A DNA stretch of 64,000 nt, taken from assembly GCA_030038655.1 (NCBI GenBank), contig JASHSP010000113.1, forward strand, positions 5,420 through 69,419, given 5' to 3'. Position 1 is the stretch's first letter. Every line of letters begins with the position of its first letter. This DNA comes from Thermoplasmata archaeon (lineage in GTDB: Archaea; Thermoplasmatota; Thermoplasmata; Lutacidiplasmatales; UBA184). A model generated the notes under the pieces. The model saw nothing but the letters and a program-made list of their open reading frames with translations. It was not told the DNA's origin and did no database searches. The position numbers and the translations under genes were made by a program. This document shows positions 1-10,400 of the stretch, in pieces.

Positions 1-562
1 GCTCCCGCTTCGGGAGCCTCTTCACCTCCCCCACCTCGGTCGCGATCTGCCGGATGTGGCGTACCGCCTCGACCACGTTGCCGGTCCCCGCCTCACCCTT
101 GGTGCGGATCATCGCCGCACCCTCGTCGATGCGTCGGAGCGCCTCGCCGAGGTTGCGGGCCCCGCAGACGAACGGGACCTTGAACTGCTTCTTGTCGACG
201 TGCCCGAACGGGTCCGCGGGGGTCAGCACCTCCGACTCGTCGATCATGTCGACGCCGAGCGACTCGAGGATGCGCGCCTCGGCCGTATGGCCGATGCGGC
301 ATTTCGCCATCAGCGGAATGCTCACGCGCTCGCGGATCTCGCGGACTCGCTTCGGGTCGGCCATCCGGGCCACGCCGCCGGCGGCCCGAATGTCGGCCGG
401 GACCCGCTCGAGGGCCATCACGGCGACGGCGCCGGCGTCCTCGGCGAGCGCCGCCTGCTCCGGGGTGGTGACGTCCATGATGACGCCGCCCTGCTGCATG
501 CGGGCGAAGCCGCGCTTCAGGAGCTCGGTGCCGAAGCGGAGCTTCTCGATCGGGTCGGGCAC
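1..562 (-). CDS. pdxS: Pyridoxal 5'-phosphate synthase subunit PdxS (Pdx1/SNZ), 3'-partial: the C-terminus runs off the window start
   Basis: Reverse-strand translation from GTG at 560-562 gives [70 protein letters not shown]...[12 protein letters not shown]...VLTPAD...[43 protein letters not shown], which are diagnostic PdxS motifs. A GAGGAAGG sits just upstream of the GTG. The gene is absent from the ORF track because it is truncated by the window edge; the + ORFs at 54-730 are antisense artefacts. Confidence 0.85.
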   Translation of the reverse strand, partial: MPDPIEKLRFGTELLKRGFARMQQGGVIMDVTTPEQAALAEDAGAVAVMALERVPADIRAAGGVARMADPKRVREIRERVSIPLMAKCRIGHTAEARILESLGVDMIDESEVLTPADPFGHVDKKQFKVPFVCGARNLGEALRRIDEGAAMIRTKGEAGTGNVVEAVRHIRQIATEVGEVKRLPKRE

Positions 563-654
563 GGTCCTTCCTCGGGGTGCGATAGGCACGAAGCCAGTAT
601 AAGCCGGACGCCCCGCCGGGCCGCGCGATGTTTTATCACGGTCCCGCTTGACGT

Positions 655-752
655 AAGACGCAGGGGGAGCTCGGAACCGGCTGAGAGGACGAGGTTCGCC
701 TCGTCGACCCCAGGAACCTGCACGGGATAATGCCCGCGAAGGGAACGCAATG
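655..752 (+). promoter_or_regulatory. TPP (thiamine pyrophosphate) riboswitch / THI element in the 5' leader of the ABC transporter operon
   Basis: The sequence ..GCAGGGGGAGCUCGGAACCGG CUGAGA GGACGAGGUUCGCCUCGUCG ACCC CAGG AACCUG CAC GGG AUAAUGCC CGCGAAGGGAAC.. matches the THI-box consensus (GGGGxGC..CUGAGA..ACCC..AACCUGAUCxGGxUAAUxCCxGCGxAGGGA). It lies 40-135 nt upstream of the ThiB-like binding-protein gene. Boundaries are approximate. Confidence 0.75.
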
Positions 753-790
753 CGCGCGCTGAGGCAGCACTCCGCCGGCTCCGCGGGGGG

Positions 791-1957
791 ATGAGCGGGG
801 ACCCGCCGAAGCCGACGCGGGTCCGCCGTCTGCGACGGCCGGGCCGGTGGGGCCACGTCGTGGTCGCGGTGGCGATCGCCGTGGTGGTCGTGGTGGGGGG
901 TATCGGTGCCTACCAGTACTACCGCGCCCACACCGGACCCGCCCCGCTGGTCATCTACACCTACCCCGGGCTCTTGGGTTCGGTCAGCTGCGGAGGGCAG
1001 CCGCTCGAGGGGATCCTCGCCAACTTCTCGGCCGCTCACGGCATCCCGCCGATCCAGGTCGACTGCCCGAGCGGCACGCTCGTCCAGACGCTCGAGGCGC
1101 AGGCAAGCTCCCCGTCCGCCGACCTCGTGATCGGGCTCGACGAGCTGACCGCCCCGCAGGCCGAGCAGCTTGGGTTGCTCGTCCCGTACGTCTCCCCCCA
1201 GCTCGTGTCGATCAACCGATCGGTCGTGGACTACCTGTCGCCGGACCACTACGTCACCCCGTACGAGTACGGGTACCTGGGGATCGATTACACGCACGCC
1301 TTCGGGAACGCGACCGACGGTGCGATCGGGAACTCGTCTCTTGCGAACTTCACGACCAACGAAACCTGGGCCCGCGGGCTGGCGTACGAGGACCCGCTCA
1401 CGGACATCACCGGCGAGGAGTTCCTCGCCTGGACCGTGGAGTTCTACGAGCACGTGCTGGACGAGAACTGGACCGATTTCTGGAAGGCGATCCTTCCCCT
1501 CGCGACGGACGCCGGATCGTGGAGCACGGCGTTCAACACCGACTTCGTCGAGCTCGGGTCGACCCCGATGGTCGTCAGCTACACCACCGACCCCGCGTCC
1601 GCGGTCTACTACGGCGAGGGGGACTTCTTCAACACGACCGTGAGCCTGTGGAAGGACGCGCTCTACGGCTGGGAGACGATCTACGGGATCGGAATCGTCG
1701 CCGGGACGCACCACCTTGCGCTCGACGAGGCGTTCATCAACTACTTCCTGAACGGCTCGGTCCAGTCGGAGATCCCGCTCAACGAGTGGGAGTACCCCGC
1801 GAACGCGACCGTCCCGCTGCCGGCGGTATACGACCCCTTGATCCCGCCGGCCTCCATCACGCCGCTCAACCAGTACCTCGAGGGCGACTCCCCGGTCGAG
1901 GTCGCGGCTAGCCTGGCCGGGTGGCAGACGACATGGGAGAGCCTCGCGGAGTCCTAG
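791..1957 (+). CDS. ABC transporter substrate-binding protein, thiamine/Fe(3+) (ThiB/TbpA) type, N-terminally membrane-anchored
   Basis: 388-aa ORF with N-terminal TM/signal anchor ([22 protein letters not shown]) followed by a periplasmic-binding-protein-like domain. It is first in an SBP-permease-ATPase operon and is preceded by a TPP riboswitch. Several N-glycosylation sequons are present. Confidence 0.75.
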   Translation: MSGDPPKPTRVRRLRRPGRWGHVVVAVAIAVVVVVGGIGAYQYYRAHTGPAPLVIYTYPGLLGSVSCGGQPLEGILANFSAAHGIPPIQVDCPSGTLVQTLEAQASSPSADLVIGLDELTAPQAEQLGLLVPYVSPQLVSINRSVVDYLSPDHYVTPYEYGYLGIDYTHAFGNATDGAIGNSSLANFTTNETWARGLAYEDPLTDITGEEFLAWTVEFYEHVLDENWTDFWKAILPLATDAGSWSTAFNTDFVELGSTPMVVSYTTDPASAVYYGEGDFFNTTVSLWKDALYGWETIYGIGIVAGTHHLALDEAFINYFLNGSVQSEIPLNEWEYPANATVPLPAVYDPLIPPASITPLNQYLEGDSPVEVAASLAGWQTTWESLAES

Positions 1958-3585
1958 GCCGGGCGCGCGGGTGGGCGGAGACCGTCTACCTGTGGCCGAT
2001 CGTATCGTTTGTCCTGCTGTTCGCGCTCGTTCCCGTGGCGATCCTGTTCGCGACGGGCCTCGAGCACGGTGGCGGGGCCTCCGGGTTCCTCGCGACCGTG
2101 GCTCGCGGAGCCGACTTGGACGCCCTGCGGAACTCGACGGTGCAGGGCGGCCTCAGCGCCGCGTTTGCGTTCGCCCTCGGATATCCCTCCGGGATCTATC
2201 TCGCCCGGTACTCGTGGCCGGGACGGTCGCTCGTCCGGGCGCTCGTCCTCGTGCCGTTCCTCCTGCCGAGCCTGGTGGTCGTCCTCGCGGTCCTGGACCT
2301 GTTCGGGCCGGGCGGCCTCCTCTCGGCCGCCTGGCCGGCGCTCGGCTGGTTCGGGCGCGGGGTCCCGGCGATCGTCGCGGTCAACCTGGTCTTCAATGTC
2401 CCGCTCGTCGTCCTGTTCACCGCCCTCGGGTGCGAGAGCGCGCCCCGCGACCTCGAAGAGAGCGTCGCGACCCTGGGAGGGACCCGCGCCCGGGCGTTCC
2501 GGGATGTGTGGGGGGCCCCGTCACTCCGGGGGGCAGCGGCGGGGGCGCTGCTGACGTTCCTCTTTTCCGCGCTCGCATTCGCCGCGCCGATCATCCTCTG
2601 CGGTTCCCCCCGCTGCTACACGCTGGAGGCCCAGGTGTACATCCTCGACTTCACGCAGCTCGACCCGACCGGGGCCAGCCTGCTCGCGCTGGCGATGGTC
2701 CTCCTCCTCCTGCTTCCCACGCTCGCCTACATCGGGATCGCCCGACGGCTCTCGGGGTTCGGTTGGCCGGATCGACGCCCTCGGCCGACGACACGCGAGG
2801 GCGGGCCGGTCGCCTACGCTCTCGCGACCGTGAGCACGGCCGTTTGGGCCGGCGTGGCCGTCGTGCTGGGCGCGGTGCTGTACCGGTCGTTGGTCCCCGG
2901 GGGCCGCGAGGGGTTCGGCGGACCGTGGGCCGACCTCTTCGGTACCCGGACCGCGAACGCTCTCGGCCTCTCGATCGCGGGGGTGGTCGGTAACACCTTC
3001 GGGTTCGCCGTGCTCGCCGCGGCCATCGCCCTCGTTCTCGCGCTGGCCGCCGGCGTGGCTCTGAGGACGCACCCCGCCCTCGGCCGGCCGCTCACGGCCT
3101 ACCTCTTCTTGCCCCTCCTCATCTCGCCCGTCCTGCTCGCGTTCGCCCTCGCCCAGTTCTGGCGGCCGATCCTCGGCGGCGAGCCGATGGTCTGGATCCT
3201 GATCGCGGTGAGCCAGGCGACCCTGGCCCTGCCGTTCGTCATGCAGAGCCTCGAGATCCCGCTCTTCGGCCTCCCCCGCGCGGGGAACGACTCCGCGCGG
3301 GCGCTCGGTGCCTCGGGGTGGCAGGCGTTCTGGGACGCGGACATGCCGTACGCGGCCGGCGGACTCCTGGTCGCGGGCCTGTTCGCGTTCGCGCTCGGGT
3401 TCGGCGAGTTCACGGCGACGAACTTCCTCGTCACGACCCAGTACACCACCCTGAGCGTCGCCGCCTACGAGCTCGAGCAGCTGCGGTTCAGCGATGCGAG
3501 CGACGGGGCCGCCGCGCTGCTCCTGGTGGTGAGCCTGGCCGTCTTCCTCGCGATCGCCCTCCTCGGGAGGCTTCGTGACCGGTAG
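1921..3585 (+). CDS. ABC transporter permease, duplicated two-domain ThiP/FbpB-type
   Basis: 554-aa polytopic membrane protein with two repeated 6-TM permease modules of the thiamine/iron(III) importer family. It overlaps the upstream SBP gene (true start may be internal) and overlaps the downstream ATPase start. Confidence 0.75.
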   Translation: MADDMGEPRGVLGRARGWAETVYLWPIVSFVLLFALVPVAILFATGLEHGGGASGFLATVARGADLDALRNSTVQGGLSAAFAFALGYPSGIYLARYSWPGRSLVRALVLVPFLLPSLVVVLAVLDLFGPGGLLSAAWPALGWFGRGVPAIVAVNLVFNVPLVVLFTALGCESAPRDLEESVATLGGTRARAFRDVWGAPSLRGAAAGALLTFLFSALAFAAPIILCGSPRCYTLEAQVYILDFTQLDPTGASLLALAMVLLLLLPTLAYIGIARRLSGFGWPDRRPRPTTREGGPVAYALATVSTAVWAGVAVVLGAVLYRSLVPGGREGFGGPWADLFGTRTANALGLSIAGVVGNTFGFAVLAAAIALVLALAAGVALRTHPALGRPLTAYLFLPLLISPVLLAFALAQFWRPILGGEPMVWILIAVSQATLALPFVMQSLEIPLFGLPRAGNDSARALGASGWQAFWDADMPYAAGGLLVAGLFAFALGFGEFTATNFLVTTQYTTLSVAAYELEQLRFSDASDGAAALLLVVSLAVFLAIALLGRLRDR

Positions 3586-4594
3586 CAACCCCCTCCTCGA
3601 GGTCCGGGGCCTGCGCGTCGACTTCGACGGCGAGCCCGTCGTGCGCGGCGTCGATCTCGCCGTGGCCGAGGGGGAGCTGCTCGCGCTCATGGGCCCGAAC
3701 GGCGCGGGCAAGTCCACGCTGCTGCGCGCGATCGCCGGCTTCGAGCGGGTGGCGGGAGGGTCGATCCGGTTGGACGGCGCGGACCTGCGGGACACCCCGC
3801 CCCACCGACGGAAGGTCGGGCTGCTCTTCCAGGACCCCGCTCTCTTTCCCAATCGGACCGTCTTCGAGAACGTCGCGTACGCTCCGCTCCTCCAGCGGCG
3901 TCCGGATCGAGAGGTCCGCGACGAGGTCGACCGGCTGGCAGCGCTGCTCGCGCTCGAGCCGCTCCTCGACCGCCGGCCGGCGGAGCTCTCCGGCGGCGAA
4001 CGGCAGCGCACGGCGCTCGCCCGGACGCTTGCCGCCCGCCCCCGCCTCGTTCTCCTCGACGAGCCGTTCGCTTCCGTCGATGTCGAGGTCAAGGCCACGC
4101 TGCGGACCGAGTTCCGCGCCGCGCTCCGGGCGTCCGGCACGGCCGCGGTCCACGTCACCCACGACCGCGACGAGGGGTTGTTCCTCGGCGATCGCGTCGC
4201 CCTGCTGTTCGAGGGCCGGCTGGAGTGGACGGGGACCCCGCAGGAGCGGTATGCGCATCCGACCACGACGCGGGCCGCTCGGTTCCTCGGCTACAACGTG
4301 CTGGTGGGCCCGGACGGACCGGTCGCGGTCCATCCGGAGGATCTCCGGTTCGCCCCGGGACCCAGCTCGGGGCCGCTCTACACGGTGGTCGCGACCGGCT
4401 CGATCGGTCGACGCGCGCTGGTCGTCCTGGAGGGTCCCGAACGTCAGCGCGTGGAGGCGTCTCCCACGGCCGCATGGCCGGTCGGGGCCGTCGGACGATT
4501 GACCTGGGAGCGGTCCGAGCCCGTGCGGGACGGAACGGCTCTCCTCCGTCCGGCCAAAGAGCCCAAGAAGCCCCCCAGGCTGGGCAACCCATGA
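3575..4594 (+). CDS. ABC transporter ATP-binding protein (ThiQ/FbpC-like) with C-terminal TOBE-like domain
   Basis: Walker A GPNGAGKST, ABC signature LSGGERQR, Walker B LVLLDEPFASVD and H-loop HVTHD are all present. The stop overlaps the aconitase start (ATGA). Confidence 0.85.
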   Translation: MTGSNPLLEVRGLRVDFDGEPVVRGVDLAVAEGELLALMGPNGAGKSTLLRAIAGFERVAGGSIRLDGADLRDTPPHRRKVGLLFQDPALFPNRTVFENVAYAPLLQRRPDREVRDEVDRLAALLALEPLLDRRPAELSGGERQRTALARTLAARPRLVLLDEPFASVDVEVKATLRTEFRAALRASGTAAVHVTHDRDEGLFLGDRVALLFEGRLEWTGTPQERYAHPTTTRAARFLGYNVLVGPDGPVAVHPEDLRFAPGPSSGPLYTVVATGSIGRRALVVLEGPERQRVEASPTAAWPVGAVGRLTWERSEPVRDGTALLRPAKEPKKPPRLGNP

Positions 4595-7353
4595 GCCTCC
4601 GCGACCCTCTGGACGTGACGGAGCCACTGCCCCTCGGGGGGAGAGACCCCGCGATGGTCTATCGGGTCAGCCGCCTCAAGGGCGTGGACTCCGCGCGGCT
4701 GGCCCGCGCCCCCCGGACCGTGCAGCTGATCCTCGAGAACGTCCTCCGGCACTATCGTCCCGGCTCGATTGACGTGGCCTCGCTCGTCGCGCTCGCCCAC
4801 CGCGAGCCCGCCGCCCGGTCGGTCGAGCTCCCGTTCTACCCGGAGCGCGTGCTACTGCAGGACTTTACCGGCATTCCGGTAATCGTGGACCTCGCCACGC
4901 TCCGGGACGCCGCGGCCCGCGGACGCGTTCCCCCCGAACGCATCAACCCGGTCGTCCCGGTCGACCTCGTGGTCGACCACTCCGTTCAGGTCGACAGTTA
5001 CAACTCGCCGCGGTCCGTCGTGCTCAATCTCGATCGGGAGTACGAGCGGAACTCGGAGCGGTACCGCCTCCTCCAGTGGGCCAAGGCGTCGTTCTCCAAC
5101 CTGCGGGTCGTCCCGCCGGGGAACGGGATCTGTCATCAGGTCAACCTCGAGTACCTCGCGTCCGTCGTCGCGCTCGGGGGCGACCCCTCGACTCCGGTCG
5201 CCTATCCTGACACCGTCATCGGGACGGACTCTCACACGACGATGGTCAACGGCCTCTCGGTGCTCGGCTGGGGCGTCGGCGGCATCGAGGCGGAGGCGGT
5301 CATGCTCGGGGAGCCGTACTTTCTCGCGCGCCCCGAGGTCGTGGGGATCGAGCTGACCGGCACGTTGCCGACCGGCACCACCGCCACCGACCTCGTACTC
5401 ACCGTCACGCGTCGCCTCCGAGAGAAGGGCGTCGTCGACAAGTTCGTGGAGTTCTTCGGACCGGGCGTCCGGTCGCTGTCGGTGCCCGACCGCGCCACCG
5501 TGTCCAACATGTGCCCCGAGTACGGGGCGACCTCCGCACTGTTCCCCGTCGACGAGGCGACGCTCGAGTACCTTCGGGCCAGCGGCCGCGACCGCGCGGT
5601 CGTGACGCGCGTTGAGGCGTACGCCCGAGCCCTCGGGCTATGGGGAGCGCCCCCGTCGGGCGCGATCGATTACGACGACCTCGTGACGGTCGACCTGTCG
5701 CGGATCGTGCCGACCGTTTCCGGCCCCCGGAACCCCGAGGAGAGCGTCCCGCTCGCCGAGGTGTCGCGGTCGTTCCGCGGCGCCCTCACGAAGTACCGCG
5801 AGGCCCACCCGCGTCCTTCCGATAGCGCCGCCGCGCGGACCTACCCTTCCGACGACCCGCTGAAGCCGTACAACGGGGAGCTCAACCGGGCGGGCGGGGG
5901 GTCCCCGTCCGGTAGGCCGCCGTCCGTCGATGACGGCGCCGTCGTGATCGCGGCGATCACGAGCTGCACGAACACCTCCAACCCCACGGTGATGATCGGG
6001 GCCGGATTGATCGCGAAGCGCGCCCGGGAACTGGGCCTGTCGGTGCCGGGGCACGTCAAGACGTCGCTCGCTCCGGGTTCGAAGGTCGTGACCGATTATC
6101 TCGAGAGGGCCGGACTGCTGCGGGAGCTGACCGCGCTCGGGTTCGGCGTCGTCGGCTACGGCTGCACCACCTGCATCGGGAACTCCGGGCCGCTGGCCCC
6201 CGGCGTAGGCGACTCCGTCCGGGAGCGCGACCTGTTTGTCGCCGCGGTCCTGAGCGGCAACCGGAACTTCGAGGCGCGGATCCACCAGCAGGTCCGAGCC
6301 AACTACCTCGCCTCCCCGATGCTCGTGGTCGCCTACGCGCTGGCGGGACGCATCGACGTCGACTTCGAGCAGGAACCGCTCGGGCACGGACCGGGCGGGG
6401 CGCCGGTCCGGTTGAGCGACCTGTGGCCCTCGCCCGCCGAGGTCGCCCGCCTCGTCGCCAGCAGCCTGGACCCCGCGATGTTTCGCGAGAAGTACCGGTC
6501 GATCGAGGTGGGCGACCCGCACTGGGAAGGACTCCACGCCCCCGCGGGGGTGCGGTATCCGTGGTCGGCGGAGTCGACCTACCTCGCGGAAGCCCCGTAC
6601 CTCGCGTTGCCGGCCCCCCTGCTGCCTCGCGGCGGCGACCTGGTCAGGGGTGCCCGGGCGCTGGTCGTGCTCGGCGACAAGGTATCGACCGACCACATCT
6701 CGCCGGCCGGGGAGATTCCCGAAGCGTCCCCCGCGGGCGAGTACCTCGTGGCGCGGGGGGTGGCGCCGCGCGACTTCAACACCTACGGCTCCCGTCGCGG
6801 GCACCACGAGGTGATGGTACGCGGAACGTTCGCGAACGTCCGACTCGCCAACGCGCTCGTCGCCCCGCGCGAGGGCGGGTACACCGCCCATGCACCGTCC
6901 GGCGAGACGATGACGATCTTCGCCGCCTCCGAGCGGTACCGCGTGGAACGGGTTCCCCTGCTCGCGCTGGCCGGCAAGAGCTACGGCCAGGGCAGCTCGC
7001 GCGACTGGGCCGCCAAGGGACCACGCCTCCTCGGGGTCGGCGCGGTGATCGCGGAGAGCTACGAGAGGATCCACCGGACCAACCTGATCGAGATGGGGGT
7101 CCTGCCGCTCGCGTTCTCGCGCGACGACGGGTGGCGCTCTCTCGGGCTCACGGGTCGCGAGTCGTACGACCTACGGATGGCATCGGGCGGCGCACTCGCC
7201 CCTCGGGCCTCGGTAGAGGTCACCGCGACGCCCCCGGGCGGAGTCGCGAAGAAGTTCGAGGCGGTGATCGAGGTCCATTCGGGCACGGAGCTCGGTTACT
7301 ACCGGGCCGGGGGCGTGCTCCCGTACGTCATGGAGCACCGGTTCGCCAAGTGA
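4591..7353 (+). CDS. acnA: Aconitate hydratase (aconitase A family)
   Basis: The start ATG at 4591 (MSLRDPLDV...) overlaps the ATPase stop; the ORF track's upstream extension from 4225 is artefact. Fe-S ligand motifs ITSCTNTSNP and GCTTCIGNSG are present, with the aconitase swivel domain at the C-terminus. About 920 aa. Confidence 0.85.
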   Translation: MSLRDPLDVTEPLPLGGRDPAMVYRVSRLKGVDSARLARAPRTVQLILENVLRHYRPGSIDVASLVALAHREPAARSVELPFYPERVLLQDFTGIPVIVDLATLRDAAARGRVPPERINPVVPVDLVVDHSVQVDSYNSPRSVVLNLDREYERNSERYRLLQWAKASFSNLRVVPPGNGICHQVNLEYLASVVALGGDPSTPVAYPDTVIGTDSHTTMVNGLSVLGWGVGGIEAEAVMLGEPYFLARPEVVGIELTGTLPTGTTATDLVLTVTRRLREKGVVDKFVEFFGPGVRSLSVPDRATVSNMCPEYGATSALFPVDEATLEYLRASGRDRAVVTRVEAYARALGLWGAPPSGAIDYDDLVTVDLSRIVPTVSGPRNPEESVPLAEVSRSFRGALTKYREAHPRPSDSAAARTYPSDDPLKPYNGELNRAGGGSPSGRPPSVDDGAVVIAAITSCTNTSNPTVMIGAGLIAKRARELGLSVPGHVKTSLAPGSKVVTDYLERAGLLRELTALGFGVVGYGCTTCIGNSGPLAPGVGDSVRERDLFVAAVLSGNRNFEARIHQQVRANYLASPMLVVAYALAGRIDVDFEQEPLGHGPGGAPVRLSDLWPSPAEVARLVASSLDPAMFREKYRSIEVGDPHWEGLHAPAGVRYPWSAESTYLAEAPYLALPAPLLPRGGDLVRGARALVVLGDKVSTDHISPAGEIPEASPAGEYLVARGVAPRDFNTYGSRRGHHEVMVRGTFANVRLANALVAPREGGYTAHAPSGETMTIFAASERYRVERVPLLALAGKSYGQGSSRDWAAKGPRLLGVGAVIAESYERIHRTNLIEMGVLPLAFSRDDGWRSLGLTGRESYDLRMASGGALAPRASVEVTATPPGGVAKKFEAVIEVHSGTELGYYRAGGVLPYVMEHRFAK

Positions 7354-7436
7354 ACCGGGGGACCCGCGAGCTGCATCGTATCCCCGCGGGCGCTCGCCCA
7401 AGCCTCGGTGGCCGGGGCCTCGAAAAACCGGGCAAC

Positions 7437-7447
7437 GTTCTTATACG
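7437..7447 (+). promoter_or_regulatory. Archaeal TATA box (TTCTTATAC) for the thermopsin-domain surface protein gene
   Basis: An AT-rich TTCTTATACGA sits ~27 nt upstream of the ATG at 7471, consistent with a leaderless mRNA. Confidence 0.4.
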
Positions 7448-7470
7448 AGGGCACATGGTCCCCGGCTCGT

Positions 7471-10400
7471 ATGACCGGTCTACGGTCTGTGCGGAATCGC
7501 GTGTGGCTGCTGCCGATCGTCCTCGTCGTTTGTGCCCTGATGCTCTCTCCCGCCGGGGGGCTCCTCGCGGCGCGGAGTGCCTCGTCAGCGACCCTCGCCG
7601 CCTCGCTGTCCGCGGCGGCGTCGACCGGTGGCACGGGTTCGATGCACCTGCCGAGCCTCCTGCATTCGTCGCTCCCGAGCTCGCCGGCGGGCCCGGCGAT
7701 CGCTCCGACGCTCCTCGCTGACGCCTCCGGTTTCAACGGCGGTCTTTCCGCCTCCCCGTCCCCCCCGCTCGGCGCCCGGTCGGGCGGCTCGAACGCGCCC
7801 TCCGGCGTCCCCGCTGTCGCGACCGACGTTGCGTCCTCGACGCCCGGCTGGGTCGCCAGCGTGGATCAGTCGATCGCGGACGGCCAGGTCCCGGCCTCCG
7901 CGGCCTACCTGCCCAGCCTCTCGCTCCTGAACGAGCATGTTTCGACCCCGAGCCAGGCCGTGAGCCCGATCGTCACGGTCTCCCCCGCGCCGATGGGGAT
8001 TGCGGACTTCGGACTCAGCGCCAACGGTCCCTACAGCGTCTACACTCAGGGCGTCGCGGGCGGCATCCAGCTCTCCGGCTACAACGCCACCGCGGGCACC
8101 ACCTACGAGACCACGGGAGCGTACTACTGGGACGGGCTCAGCCCGAACGCGGTGGTCACGCCCTGGCAATCGGGTGTACAGCTCAACACGGTCCTCAACA
8201 ATGTTTCCTATCCGGGGTCGGACATCGGCGCGTTCTGGACGCAGAACGTTCTCGATTTCTCCGGCAGCACGCTCCAGTTCATCGACAACGTCTGGAACCT
8301 TTCCTCGCCCGGGGCCGCCATGGAGTACGGGACCATCTACTCCGGGAACGGTGTCCTCGTTCCGGGCGAGCTCTACTACGACTACGGCCCGACCCTTCCG
8401 CTCTCTTTCCCCCTGACGATCAACCTGTACAACAACGCCTCGATCATTGACGGGCGATCCGCGCTCACCTTCGGCTACCGGGTGGTCGAAGGGGCGACGG
8501 TGTACACGGGCGTCTACGACACCGTGGTGTTCAACTCCCAGCCGACGGTCGTCGACCCCCTGCTGACCCCGGATTACCTCATCTCCGGATTCAACCTTGC
8601 GCCCGACAACTTCCTGCTGGACGATGCCGAGCTCGTCTTCGGAGGGCCCGGCGGCGGCTCGAACGCCGAGATCTCCTCGATGTCGGGGGACCTTTCCCTC
8701 GCGTTCCTGAACGGTTCCGCCTGGGAACCCGCTCCCTCGGCCTACGACTACGGAACCGATACCGGCGAGACCGCCATCGGAATGGCGGCCACGTGGTCGG
8801 GCACGAACGAGTCGGTGAGCCAGGGCCCCTCGATCCTCTACGGTCTGTGGAACACCACCTACAGCGTGCCGAGCGGCCAGGTGCCGTTCGTCGGGCACCT
8901 CGACCCGTCGTACGGCTTCGCGTTCATCGGCCTCTACGGGACAAACACGACGAACCTCAGCTACGCTCCGTCCGCGGCGAACGGCACGGTTCTCACCTGG
9001 CTTCCGCCGTCGATCGTCTTCAACCTGACCGTCTTCGCCGACGGTTTCTCGGAGCTCAACGCGACGTTCGAGGGCGCGGTCAACGCCGAGATCGACCTGG
9101 TCTCCTCGCCGGGGACCTGGAACGCGCCGCTCTACATGAACGGAGACGTACAGGCCGCGGCGCTGGCCCTGGATACCCTGGGCGAGAGCTCCGCGCCGTA
9201 CGAGTTCTACAACCTGAACGTCTCGGTCAACCAGACGTTCAACCACGTCAACGACTACTACTACCCGACCTTCGACCTGCTGTGGGCGTACGGCCTGACG
9301 ACCCCGCTGGCCGTCGACAACATCAGTCAGGGCGGTGACGCCCCCAACGGGGACACGTACTACGCCCCCGACTACAACGGCTCGGGCGAGAACCTGCCCT
9401 ACTTCGGGGACGAGATCGCCGTATGGTCCAGCCCCTCACCCTTCTTCGAGAATCTCTTCCTCCCCGGCTACCTCCTTCCGGCCGGCACGGACGGCGGCGG
9501 CGCCATCGCCCTGTGGAACGACAGCGACGCGTTCGGCTACAACCTCACGAGCGTCGACGACACGTTCGGCCTGTGGGCCTCCGACTCTCCGTTCACCGCG
9601 GAGGTCGACTCGGTCGCGTACCTCGGTGCGGTCGCGCTCACGCTGATGGCCTCGGCGTACGCGTTCACGTACAACCTCTCGGCCTTCGGATTTGCCGCGG
9701 ACGTACTCGACGAGGGAGGGCTCTACGGGGATCTGGACCAGCTCAACGCCACGGGCTTCTCGGACGGCGTGGTCACGTACGGGACGAACGACACCGGGAT
9801 CTACCAGCTGAACGCGACCGAGGAGTCGGTGGCAGCCGACCTGGAGTTCGGCTCGGGCCTCTACGTCTACGCCGTGAACGCGAGCTTCGAATCGGTCGGC
9901 GTCGAGGGCCTCGGCCTGAACCTCTCGAGCGTGTACGACGTCGCGATCGGGACGAGCGAGTTCGACCCCGGCGTCGTGCTTGAGGAGAGCAACAACTCGG
10001 TGGTCCAGAACGTCTACGGGAACTCGTCCGAGGGCTACGGGGTCCTGCTCCTCGGCGATGGCATATCGACCGTCACCAACGTCACGGCCGTGAACGACTC
10101 GGCGGGGGTCATCGTCGAGGACTCGTACGGACCGGTCGGCGTTGACCAGGTGGTCGCGAACGACAGCGTCGGCGTCGCGATCGGGTTCAACGCGGTGCTG
10201 GCCACCGTCACGGACGTGAACGCGACCAACGGGTCGATCGGGGTTGAGTCCTACGAATCGTTCGACGTCGAGGTCCGTGAGGTCAGCGCCTCGGGTTTCG
10301 CGGCGCAGTCGAACATCGGAGTGGACGTGCTGGTCTCCGAGGCCGTGGACGTCTCCTACGTCTCCGCGGAAGGCGGTTCGATCGGCGTGGACGTTTCCAG

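Noticed and set aside
54-730. Plus-strand ORFs 54-602 and 56-730 at the window start
   Set aside because: They are antisense to a clearly recognisable pdxS. Their translations are Arg/Ala/Gly-rich low-complexity with no motifs.
5638-7074. 478-aa minus-strand ORF and several other ORFs inside the aconitase gene
   Set aside because: They are antisense or out-of-frame to acnA and are Arg/Gly/Pro-rich. This is the typical stop-codon-poor artefact of a 70% GC genome.
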